From contig OZ024748.1 of the NCBI GenBank assembly GCA_964016885.1, positions 41,540,001-41,604,000 on the forward strand: DNA of 64,000 bases. The letters are read 5' to 3'. Origin of the DNA: Eledone cirrhosa. Its lineage: Eukaryota. Of the stretch, positions 1 through 10,630 are shown one piece after another; within the stretch, counting starts at the first letter, position 1, and each line of letters starts with the position of its first letter. The position numbers were made by a program, and so were the translations under genes. The notes beneath the pieces were generated by a model that saw only the letters and a program-made list of their open reading frames with translations, did no database searches and was not told the origin of the DNA.

Positions 1-49
<49 letters not shown>

Positions 50-163
50 TATATATATAGGGAGAGAGAGAGCTTTATAAACAATTATTTATATAGGTAT
101 ATAATTATATATAATTATTTCGTTTCTGAATTTGTTTAAACAAATATAAACACACACAGACAC

Positions 164-221
164 CCGGATGTGGCGCATGCGCAGACTGAGCACACAACAC
201 ACACACAGAAACAAAATGGCG
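164..221 (+). promoter_or_regulatory. Cluster of ETS-like, NRF1-like and YY1-like motifs
   Basis: CCGGATGT 164-171, GCGCATGCGC 173-182 and CAAAATGGCG 212-221 lie within 60 bp of otherwise CpG-poor DNA; motif match only. Confidence 0.45.
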
Positions 222-268
222 TAGGACAGAACAAAGGAGAGGAACAAAAACAAAGAAAAGAATCCCTA

Positions 269-311
269 GTCACTGAAGAGGTCACAGAATGTGTGACGAA
301 AGAACTTTGAC
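269..311 (+). ncRNA. Candidate minimal type-I hammerhead ribozyme
   Basis: GTCA-CTGAAGA(273-279)-G-GTCACA/gaatg/TGTGAC-GAAA(298-301)-GAAC-TT-TGAC. Helix I GTCA/TGAC, 6-bp helix II, only a 2-bp helix III and one extra G. Confidence 0.45.
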
Positions 312-553
312 AATATATAAACAACTATCTGGTTGTGGAACCAACCAACCAACCAGAAATTTATAAATTCCTAAATTTACAAATTTATTATAATAAATTG
401 AAGTGAAAGCAACTGGTGCGTGTGTTTCTTATTGGCAACATGACCCTCCCAAAGTATAACAATATATATAATTATTTGTGTATATCTATATATATATAGG
501 GAGAGAGAGAGCTTTATATTATTTATATAGGTATATAATTATATATAATTATT

Positions 554-590
<37 letters not shown>

Positions 591-951
591 AGAGAGAGAG
601 CTTTATATTATTTATATAGGTATATAATTATATATAATTATTTGTGTATATATATATATGAGTGTTATCTATATAAATGTGTATATCACAACACAGTATA
701 ATAAATAAAACATATCTAATTTGTTTATAACGAATTCATTTCTCATGCATTGACTTTTTCTAAATAATACAGATTAAAACAAATACAAAAAAATAACACA
801 AAATAAAATTTAAATATATTCGAATCGGAAAATTGATATTTTCAAAATTTATCCTCTTTTTTTCTTGTCATTTATTTTTTATCAATAATAATTACTTTCG
901 ATTTTTGCCGATTTCCACACAATACACGCGCTCACACTATTTTTTGCTTTC

Positions 952-1910
952 ATTGTTGTTGTTGTTGTTGTTCTGGATGTTTCTGCATTTGTTTGTGTTG
1001 TTGTTGTTGTTGTTGTTGTTGTTCTGGATGTTTCTGCGGTTGTTTGTGTTGTTGTGGTTCTGGATATTTCTGCTGTTGTTTGTGTTGTTGTTGTTGTTCT
1101 GGATGTTTCTGCTGTTGTTTGTGTTGTTGTTGTTCTGGATAATTCTGCTACTGTTTGTGTTGTTGTTGTTGTTGTTCTGGATGTTTCTGCTGTTGTTTGT
1201 GTTGTTGTTGTTGTTGTTCTGGATATTTCTGCTGTTGTTTGTGTTGTTGTTGTTGTTGTTGTTCTGGATATTTCTGCTGTTGTTTGTGTTGTTGTTGTTG
1301 TTGTTCTGGATATTTCTGCTGTTGTTTGTGTTGTTGTTGTTGTTGTTCTGGATATTTCTGCTGTTGTTTGTGTTGTTGTTGTTGTTGTTCTGGATATTTC
1401 TGCTGTTGTTTGTGTTGTTGTTGTTGTTGTTCTGGATATTTCTGCTGTTGTTTGTGTTGTTGTTGTTGTTCTGGATATTTCTGCTGTTGTTTGTGTTGTT
1501 GTTGTTGTTGTTCTGGATATTTCTGCTGTTGTTTGTGTTGTTGTTGTTCTGGATATTTCTGCTGTTGTTTGTGTTGTTGTTGTTGTTGTTGTTGTTCTGG
1601 ATGTTTCTGCTGTTGTTTGTGTTGTTGTTGTTGTTGTTCTGGATATTTCTGCTGTTGTTTGTGTTGTTGTTGTTGTTGTTGTTCTGGATATTTCTGCTGT
1701 TGTTTGTGTTGTTGTTGTTGTTGCTCTGGATATTTCTGCTGTTGTTTGTGTTGTTGTTGTTGTTGTTTTTGTTCTGGATGTTTCTGCTGTTGTTTGTGTT
1801 GTTGTTGTTGTTGTTGTTGTTGTTCTGGATATTTCTGCTTTTGTTTGTGTTGTTGTTGTTGTTGTTCTGGATATTTCTGCTGTTGTTTGTGTTGTTGTTG
1901 TTGTTGTTTG
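952..1910. repeat. Compound minisatellite CTGGATATTTCTGCTGTTGTTTGT(GTT)n, ~36-48 bp units
   Basis: Over 20 units with a fixed core and variable GTT tract; the minus strand reads QnHKQQQKYPE. Confidence 0.95.
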
Positions 1911-2199
1911 TGTGATAGTGGAAATTTTAGTTTATTTGTCACCATTTTCTTATACATTGATGACAGTGTTTCTTGTTCTCTCTACTCACATACATTATAT
2001 ATATATATGTAAGTGCGTGTGTACACACATACATATATACGCATATATATAGACTATAAATATATATACATATATATATATATATACACCAGTTGTTTGG
2101 TTCTTTTGTTTTTCTATTGTTTTTTTTTTAATAGAGAGCCTCATTTTGATTATACAAATTGTTATTTAATGATGTTGAAATCAACAAATCTTGATTCCT

Positions 2200-2261
2200 C
2201 ATAATAACAATATTACTACTACTACCAATACTACTACTACTACTACTACTACTACTACCAA

Positions 2262-2300
<39 letters not shown>

Positions 2301-2401
2301 CAATACTACTACTACTACTACTACTACTGATACTACTACTACTAGTACTGCTACTGATACTCCTACTACTACTGATCCTACTACTACTACTACTACTGAT
2401 C

Positions 2402-2445
<44 letters not shown>

Positions 2446-2545
2446 GATACTACTACTACTACTACTACTACCAATACTACTACTACTACTACTGATACTA
2501 CTACTACTACTACTACTGCTACTGATACTCCTACTACTACTGATC

Positions 2546-2580
<35 letters not shown>

Positions 2581-2584
2581 GATC

Positions 2585-2619
<35 letters not shown>

Positions 2620-2620
2620 G

Positions 2621-2651
<31 letters not shown>

Positions 2652-2702
2652 TACTGATCCTACTACTACTACTACTACTACTAATAATAATAATAACAAT
2701 AA
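2200..2702. repeat. Interrupted (ACT)n microsatellite grading into (AAT)n
   Basis: Seen directly; abuts the 3' end of the SINE. Confidence 0.95.
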
Positions 2703-2703
2703 T

Positions 2704-2879
2704 TGTTTCTACTTTAGGCACAAGGCCCGCAATTACCCAGTACATTACTGGTACTTTATTTTATCAAGCCCGTAAGGATGAAAGGCAAAGTTAACCTTGG
2801 CGGGATTTGAACTCAGAATGGCAAGGGCCGTAACTCTATGCGTCAAAGCATGGTGTCCGACCCTCTACCGATACTGCCA
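2704..2879 (-). mobile_element. tRNA-derived SINE, copy 1
   Basis: Minus strand begins TGGCAGTATCGGTAG (A-box-like) and has B-box GAGTTCAAATCC (2803-2814); clearly homologous to 13351-13527; 3' end runs into a simple-repeat tail. Confidence 0.8.
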
Positions 2880-2889
2880 ATACACCGCC

Positions 2890-2916
2890 CATCATCAGTA
2901 TCACATCATCACAACC

Positions 2917-2965
<49 letters not shown>

Positions 2966-3580
2966 ATACAACCAACATCACTGTTTCCGACTCCTCCTAA
3001 TCATCATCATCACCATATGCCCTGCAAACCACATAATTTACATCACAAGTAATACAACCACCACCACCACCATCAGTACACCACCACCACCGCCACATCA
3101 CCACTGCAATCACCCACCCCCACCGCCCCCACCACATCACCCCCACCACCACCACCACCACCACCACCACCACCACCACCACCACCACCACCGCCACATC
3201 ACCACCACCACCACCACCACCACCACTGCAATCACTCCCACCACCACCACCACCACCACCACCACCACATCACCCCCACCACCACCGCCACATCACCACT
3301 GCAATCACTCCCACCACCACCACCACCACCACCACCGCCACATCACCACTGCAATGATCCCTCACCATCACCCCAACCCCCACCACTACACCTGTAATAT
3401 ATTCCATGTTATTTATTTTCTCCTTCAACACGTGTTTCCTGTTATCCGACCTCTAAACCCTCCCCTCAGCCACACTCCACTCCACTCCACCAAACCTCCA
3501 CCACACCACACCCTCCACCACCACTCCTCTCCACCACACCCTCCACCTCCCTCCACCACCTCCCTCCACCACACCCCATC
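2890..3580. repeat. (CAT)n/(CAC)n triplet and C-rich low-complexity tract
   Basis: Seen directly. Confidence 0.9.
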
Positions 3581-3687
3581 TCTACCCTTAATTAAGATAA
3601 AGAGCTTAATTGATTTATCATATTTACAGTTTTATTTCTAAGAAAACTGTAAAAAGTGGTGTTTTGTTAATTATGTTATTGTTTTTG

Positions 3688-4016
3688 GTATGTATGTGTA
3701 TATATGTGAGTGTGTGTGTGTACGTGTGTGTATATATGTATACGTATATGTATATATGTGTACGTGTATGTATATATGTGTGTATGTGTGTGTATGTGTG
3801 TGTACGTGTGTGTGTGTGTGTGTATGTGTATGTATATATGTGTATGTGTGTATGTATATGTGTGTGTGTATATATGTGTGTGTATATATGTGTGTGTGTA
3901 TATATATATATGTGTGTATATGTATGTGTGTATGTATGTGTGTGTATATATATATATGTGTGTGTGTGTGTATATATATATATATGTGTGTGTGTATATG
4001 TATGTGTGTGTATATA

Positions 4017-4061
<45 letters not shown>

Positions 4062-4095
4062 ATATGTAGGTGTGTGTTTATATATGTATGTGTAT
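3688..4095. repeat. Mixed (TG)n/(TA)n microsatellite
   Basis: Seen directly. Confidence 0.95.
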
Positions 4096-4322
4096 ATTTA
4101 CAAAAACTCTAATCTGATTTTTGTGTAGTTTTCTTCCTTAGTCGATGTTTCTTGTCCTCTCCTGATTAAAAATTGAATTATTTCATTACTTTTACTTTTT
4201 TAATATCATTGGTAAATAGTTTACATCGATTGGTCTATTGCATACTGAGATTCTACGCACACACACACACACACAGAAGTATATGCGCTACAAAACTATA
4301 TATACACTATACTCAAATACGC

Positions 4323-4356
<34 letters not shown>

Positions 4357-4447
4357 AAAAATATGGGGAGAAGAATACTGCATGGTTGCACATGGATTAC
4401 ATGTTATAAAATGAGTCCCTCATCAGTGATTTGCCAACGATCATTGG

Positions 4448-4585
<138 letters not shown>

Positions 4586-4846
4586 GTAGAACACTGGAAG
4601 GTAATATCCGCAGTGGTAGAGCACTCAGTCCATGGGACGAGTTAGGTAGAAGTGGTTACACAACAGTTAGTTCACCATATCGAGAACAATTGTTTCACCT
4701 TAGCGGATCCTCAGCTCGTAATGGACATGGTTATACGGAACAGGTTGTCCTTCCTGTTCCGTATATGTCCATTACGAGCTGAGGATCCGCTAAGGTGAAA
4801 CAATTGTTCTCGATATGGTGAACTAACTGTTGTGTAACCACTTCTA
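4586..4846 (-). mobile_element. Fold-back mini-element A (Penelope-terminus-like) with a hammerhead in both arms
   Basis: Unique tail 4586-4646, then a ~200-bp near-perfect palindrome 4647-4846 ending at a (TA)n run. Confidence 0.75.
4769..4818 (+). ncRNA. Minimal type-I hammerhead ribozyme (identical inverted copy on the minus strand at ~4675-4724)
   Basis: CGAG-CTGAGGA(4779-4785)-TCCGCTAAGGT-GAAA(4797-4800)-CAATTG-TT-CTCG. Helix I CGAG/CTCG, palindromic helix III ACAATTGT, NUH triplet GUU. Confidence 0.75.
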
Positions 4847-4862
4847 TATATATATATATGTG

Positions 4863-4942
<80 letters not shown>

Positions 4943-4946
<4 letters not shown>

Positions 4947-5237
4947 AAGGTTAAACAAGGTTCAATGAATAATCAAAGAATGAGTTTTACAATACATTGG
5001 AAGCACTCCACAGAAATGGTTTTCCGGAGTTATTAATATTAGTTCAAAATATTAACAAAAAAATAGACTGACATGACTGAATCTTAATCATCTACTAAGT
5101 CAGGGTATGTCATGCATCATCTTATTTTATCTGATGGGGACGTACTGTTGAAGATAGCTCAGTACCTCTGAAATATGTATAATAAAATATACTTGATCAC
5201 ATAAATGTCTATTTTTGTTAATATTTTGAACTAATAT
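4943..5237. mobile_element. Fold-back mini-element B
   Basis: Tail 4943-5035; inverted arms 5036-5068 and 5207-5237; flanked by (TA)n on both sides; hammerhead lies between the arms. Confidence 0.7.
5123..5189 (+). ncRNA. Hammerhead ribozyme, variant core (CTGATGG)
   Basis: 8-bp helix I TATTTTAT/ATAAAATA; CTGATGG 5131-5137; helix II GTACTG/CAGTAC; GAAA 5170-5173; short helix III; NUH triplet AUA. Confidence 0.65.
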
Positions 5238-5250
5238 ATATATATATATA

Positions 5251-5579
5251 GTTAAAAGAATAGAGGTGTAACACACAAGTTATTATATATTGGTAAACGG
5301 AATAGAAAATGCTGACAAATTGTTCACAGTTGAAAAATGGTTTAATTATGAATAAAAGAATATTAGTGATTGTATGGGTTAGTATTCAGTTGTGGTTTTA
5401 AGTATTTAAGTTTTTACCGGTTTAAGTTTTTACCGGTTTTTACCGGTTTTTACCGGTAAAAACTTAAAAACTTAAAACCACAACTGAATACTAACCCATA
5501 CAATCACTAATACTCTTTTATTCCTAATTAAACCATTTTTCAACTGTGAACAATTTGTCAGCATTTTCTATTCCGTTTA

Positions 5580-5589
<10 letters not shown>
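5251..5589. mobile_element. Fold-back mini-element C (~138-bp arms)
   Basis: Arms 5284-5421 and 5452-5589 are reverse complements with about 3 mismatches; apex has four TTTTTACCGGT-type units; (TA)n flanks. Confidence 0.75.
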
Positions 5590-5618
<29 letters not shown>

Positions 5619-5621
<3 letters not shown>

Positions 5622-5927
5622 AAAGTTCTATTTAAATTGTTGGGATACAACAAGCAAATATTATTATAACTGATATAAAGCACTCGACAAATATTTGGAG
5701 TAGATATACAATATTAATAAATGGAAACTATATTTATAAAACCATATTTATTTCATTATATATATTTCAAGGATACCAAGTTAAATCATGGTATGCCTTC
5801 ATCAGACAAAATACAATATATAACAGTTTTATAAATAGATATTGACATACCCTTTCAAAAAGGTGACCGTTGAAATATATATAATGAAATAAATATGGTT
5901 TTATAAATATAGTTTCCATTTATTAAT

Positions 5928-5936
<9 letters not shown>
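5619..5936 (-). mobile_element. Fold-back mini-element D
   Basis: Tail 5619-5703; ~67-bp inverted arms 5704-5770 and 5870-5936; (TA)n on both sides. Confidence 0.75.
5749..5813 (-). ncRNA. Type-I hammerhead ribozyme
   Basis: Minus strand TATTTTGT-CTGATGA-AGGCATACCA/tgatttaact/TGGTATCCTT-GAAA-TATAT-ATA-ATGAAATA; canonical core and palindromic helix III. Confidence 0.75.
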
Positions 5937-6021
<85 letters not shown>

Positions 6022-6075
6022 TAAACAAATAATGAATAAAACAATGAAACAGTTCCTTATATTAAACAAAAAAAG

Positions 6076-6230
6076 TTCATTATTTAACGATCGTTTCTAG
6101 GATATATATGTGTTAGAATTGGTATGCATATTCAACAGATCTATGTACAAAATTATACAAAATTATACAAACTATCAAAGATTAAATATACATATCAACA
6201 CATATATACGCCGTCTTCAGAAATAATGAA
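6076..6230 (-). ncRNA. Type-I hammerhead ribozyme with extended helix II
   Basis: 10-bp helix I TTCATTATTT/AAATAATGAA; CTGAAGA (6214-6220); ~116-nt stem-loop II with a 12-bp stem TATATATGTGTT/AACACATATATA; GAAA (6094-6097); palindromic ACGATCGT; NUH triplet GUU. Confidence 0.75.
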
Positions 6231-6839
6231 ATATATTTATTGATAATAACAACAATTCAAAATTTCAGGTCCGTTTGGGAACAAAATTGACCAATGAAAA
6301 TACAAAAGGTTTTATGCAGTTCGGTGTGTGTATATACATGTAACTACCCTTACACATATTTTACAAAAATGTATGCTCAACATGTATACGCATACCAAAA
6401 GGATGGATGCAAATACAAAATTTCAAGGTTAATGTCTCTGTAAGTTTATAATGCACAGATAAGATGCGTATAGACACATAAATATGAAATAAGTGTATAC
6501 ACATATTCTCATACTCACACATATGCGTACAATCACACACACGCGCGCGTATATGCATAAACATACACATAATTACGAACATACAAATACACACATACCC
6601 CCACTCACATATATATATATGTGGATATCATAAGCACATGGATATTAATTCACTCACATAAACACTGCCACACACATTTAGATCAAGATACAGAAATTAG
6701 GTGGGAGGGGGGGAGAGGTCAGTATTCAACGGTTTGGGCAGACTGCTTATTATAGATGTATCTATAAACTAAGAAAATAAGAAATAAAAATTAAAAAGGA
6801 AAGAAAAGAAAAAGAAAAAAGAAAAAAGAAATATATCAA

Positions 6840-6840
6840 G

Positions 6841-6920
<80 letters not shown>

Positions 6921-7020
6921 AACACATACATACATATACACACATCCACACTTAGAACATACATACACACACATATATAAACATATACATATACACACAT
7001 ACACACATACACACACATAC

Positions 7021-7075
<55 letters not shown>

Positions 7076-7354
7076 TACACATATAATCACACATACTATA
7101 TAGACACACATATATATATACACACATACACGCACATATACATACACATACATACTTATATACATACAGATATACACATACATACCTATATATACACACA
7201 AATACATACAGACATACATACATACATACACACAAATACTTACGCATCCATATATCGGTATATACATACAAACACCACTACACTCTCACACAACTCAGAC
7301 ATTCAAAGAAAAAGGTATATACCTATACACATATACATATACAAATAGAGATAC

Positions 7355-7419
<65 letters not shown>

Positions 7420-7609
7420 CACATATACACACATATACATACATACACATACATACATGTACACACACATACATATACATACATGCACACATACACACAT
7501 ACATATATAGTCATACACACACATACACGTACACGAACATACACATACACATATATAAAGATATATATATACACACACACATACACACACACACATATAT
7601 ATAAAATAA

Positions 7610-7652
<43 letters not shown>

Positions 7653-7983
7653 CATATACATACACACATACATAGACATATATGTACATACATACACATA
7701 CATACATACATACACACACATATATACATATATATACACACATAGACACATACATACATACACACACAACATACATACACACACATATATACTCATACAT
7801 AGAATTAGATATATATTCATACATACATACGCACTTACATATACTCATATATACAAATACATACGCATCCATATATGCGTATATACATACAAACACCACT
7901 ACACCCTCACACAACTCAGACATACAAAGAAAAAGGCATATACATATACATATATACACACATTAATAGAGATATATATACAC

Positions 7984-8014
<31 letters not shown>

Positions 8015-8223
8015 CATTTATATATATACACCCACACACACATACAACCATAAACACACATACAAACACACACATACACATATATATACACATACATATA
8101 TATACACACACACAAAAAACAGACATACACATATATATTTTTTTACACATATATATACACATATATATACATATACACACCCTCACATATACACACATAC
8201 ACATAAGTTATATTATAATACTA

Positions 8224-8286
<63 letters not shown>

Positions 8287-8525
8287 CGAATATAGACATA
8301 TATACACACATAGATATACATATATATATACATATACACACACACACACACACACTCACATATATATGTGCGCACACGTACATATATACACATACACACA
8401 TATACATGTAAACACATACATGTGCATGCATGCACATACACACATATACCCACATAGATACGAAGATAGACATATAAATAGAGAGACATACATATATATA
8501 CACACACATATATACATACATACAT

Positions 8526-8564
<39 letters not shown>

Positions 8565-8700
8565 CACACATACACGCCCACACACATATACACATATACA
8601 TATATATATACATACACACATACACATACACATATACATACACATGCATATATACACATATATATATACATACACACATATATATACACACAATCTTACA
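6840..8700. repeat. Mixed (CA)n/(TA)n tract containing a ~95-bp dispersed duplication
   Basis: Segment containing CATACAAACACCACTACAC.CTCACACAACTCAGACAT.CAAAGAAAAAGG occurs at ~7232-7325 and ~7852-7945. Confidence 0.9.
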
Positions 8701-8989
8701 TTCTTATTTGCATGCGCTTATATGTATTTTTACATTCAGATATAAATACCCAAACATATATACACCTACCTACATATATATTCATACATACACGCTTACA
8801 AACACAGATGATAATAGTATGGGGGAAAGGGGGGGGGGTTGGAGAAGGGGATTATAGTAAATATATGTTTCAAGAAACATAGAATATTATCTGTATCTGG
8901 ATCCAATGTATGTTTTTACATAGTTTCAGTGTTAGGAAATACAAGAAATAAGGCAAAATTTATGCATTTCAAAATAAATAAGTATACCA

Positions 8990-9403
8990 TTAATTATATG
9001 TTAACTAAACTAAAGATAGTTAACATATTGATTTCTAAGGTGTAAATTAGTTAGGTTTATAATATTTGAAGCAGAATTTTGAAGTTAAATAGTAGTAGAG
9101 TATTAATTATAGTATAACTAAATTAAAGTTAATAACGTTATGGTATCAATATTAGGAAATGAATTTAGTAATAGGGAAAAAACAAATAAAGTATTACATC
9201 GGTAGTAGAATATAAATTATAGGTTAACTAAATTAAAAATTATATATTAATTTCTATAGTATATGTTAATTAGGTATATAATAAATAAAACAGATATTGT
9301 ATTTTATCAATAGCAGAATATAATTATATGCAAATAGAAATCAAAATTAATACATATACATATACATATACATACACATATATATATACATATATATATA
9401 TAA

Positions 9404-9434
<31 letters not shown>

Positions 9435-10000
9435 TACATATACATACATACATATACATATTTTTTCAAAAATTGCAAAGAATATATTAACTAGGTATAC
9501 ATCTAAAATACATCCCATTCTATGATTACATGACATTCTGCAATCCGTCTGTATAAGGATACTAATTTTAAGCCAATTAAATTAAATTTTAGGTTGACTA
9601 AATTTAAAACCAAATTATAAATATATTTCTAAAATGTATATTAATTAGGTCTATAATACTAAAAATTATTTCTCTGTCATTGGATACACGATATTTTGTT
9701 ATATTTTATCTGTAAAGGAATTTTAATAAAAGGTTTAAATAAATTAAAATTAATCTATAAATTAAATTACTAAGTATATATTAGTAATATTTAAAGGTTT
9801 TTCACAATTTATGATTACACAATATTTTATATTCTCATCTGTAATAGAATTTTAATTAAATTAAATTTATAGGTTAACTAACATTTAAATTAAATTAATT
9901 TCTAAAATAATGTTATTAATTAGGTTTATAATATTTAAATGTTTTTTTTAGTTTATGATTACACGATATAATTAATTCCTGTCGTTTATTTAATAGGATA
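8990..10000. repeat. Highly degenerate AT-rich tandem repeat (~130-150 bp unit) overlapping the end of the PLE ORF
   Basis: Recurring GTTAACTAAA, TAGGT.TATAATA and ATGATTACA motifs at roughly regular spacing. Confidence 0.55.
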
Positions 10001-10630
10001 TCCTTAGATTTCATTATTTCAAATAGTTCTTGGGAACATAATCTACATTCATTTCTATTATTTTGATAAGGGGTGGCTCTTTTGAGCACACTCCAGGTCA
10101 AATCATATTCTATATTCTTATTTTTATAACTATTGATTTTTTCTGCTAGAGATGTTGTATTAGCCAGTGCGGCATTTTTAAAACTATGCTTGTGGGTATT
10201 AAACCTTGTCTTAAAATTGTTAGAGGTAGCTCCTATATATGAGCAAATAGAATCTTTAGTTTTAACATTACATTTATAGACTATGTTGTTAACAAGACAA
10301 TTCCCTTTTAATGGGCAGTTTGCTTTGTTTCTACAGTTACAACCTTTCGTTAATTCTGTATTTGAGGAGATATTATGGTTAATTTGATGTACTGGTGGTA
10401 TACTTATGGTTTTCTTACATTTATATGCATTATAGGCACTTATATTTTGTTTTATGTTATTTGTTGTAGAGTATGAGAATTTAACTGTAGACCTATTTAA
10501 GATTTGATGGTATTTGTGGTTTGGCGGGAAGTTTTTCTCTAGGATATAAAAAAATTTTTTAGCAATATTATCCTTAATTTGTAAATTAAATGGAGCATTA
10601 TACCAAGTAACCCGTCTATTACGGTTTTTT
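9916..10630 (-). pseudogene. PLE C-terminal region: linker, Cys-rich knuckle and GIY-YIG endonuclease (frameshifted relative to RT)
   Basis: WYNAPF, VKFSYS, CNCR..CPLKGNC, IVYK...SYIGAT...FKTRF..H, WSVL, CRLCSQE, LLNKRQE...CNH. Confidence 0.9.

Larger units (their letters stand above)
1..660. repeat. (GA)n/(TA)n microsatellites with three copies of a ~65-bp unit (TATAGGGAGAGAGAGAGCTTTA...TATATAATTATTT)
   Basis: Unit seen at ~52-120, ~492-555 and ~582-645; the first copy is followed by unique sequence 121-462. Confidence 0.8.

Noticed and set aside
833-2052. Gln-rich ORF 1148-1957 (-) and overlapping Leu/Val/Cys-rich ORFs
   Set aside because: All are readings of one minisatellite; one unit carries an in-frame stop and no convincing splice sites or unique domain flank it.
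2803-2879. tRNA gene
   Set aside because: A/B boxes are present but no cloverleaf is evident, and it is part of a repeated SINE body.
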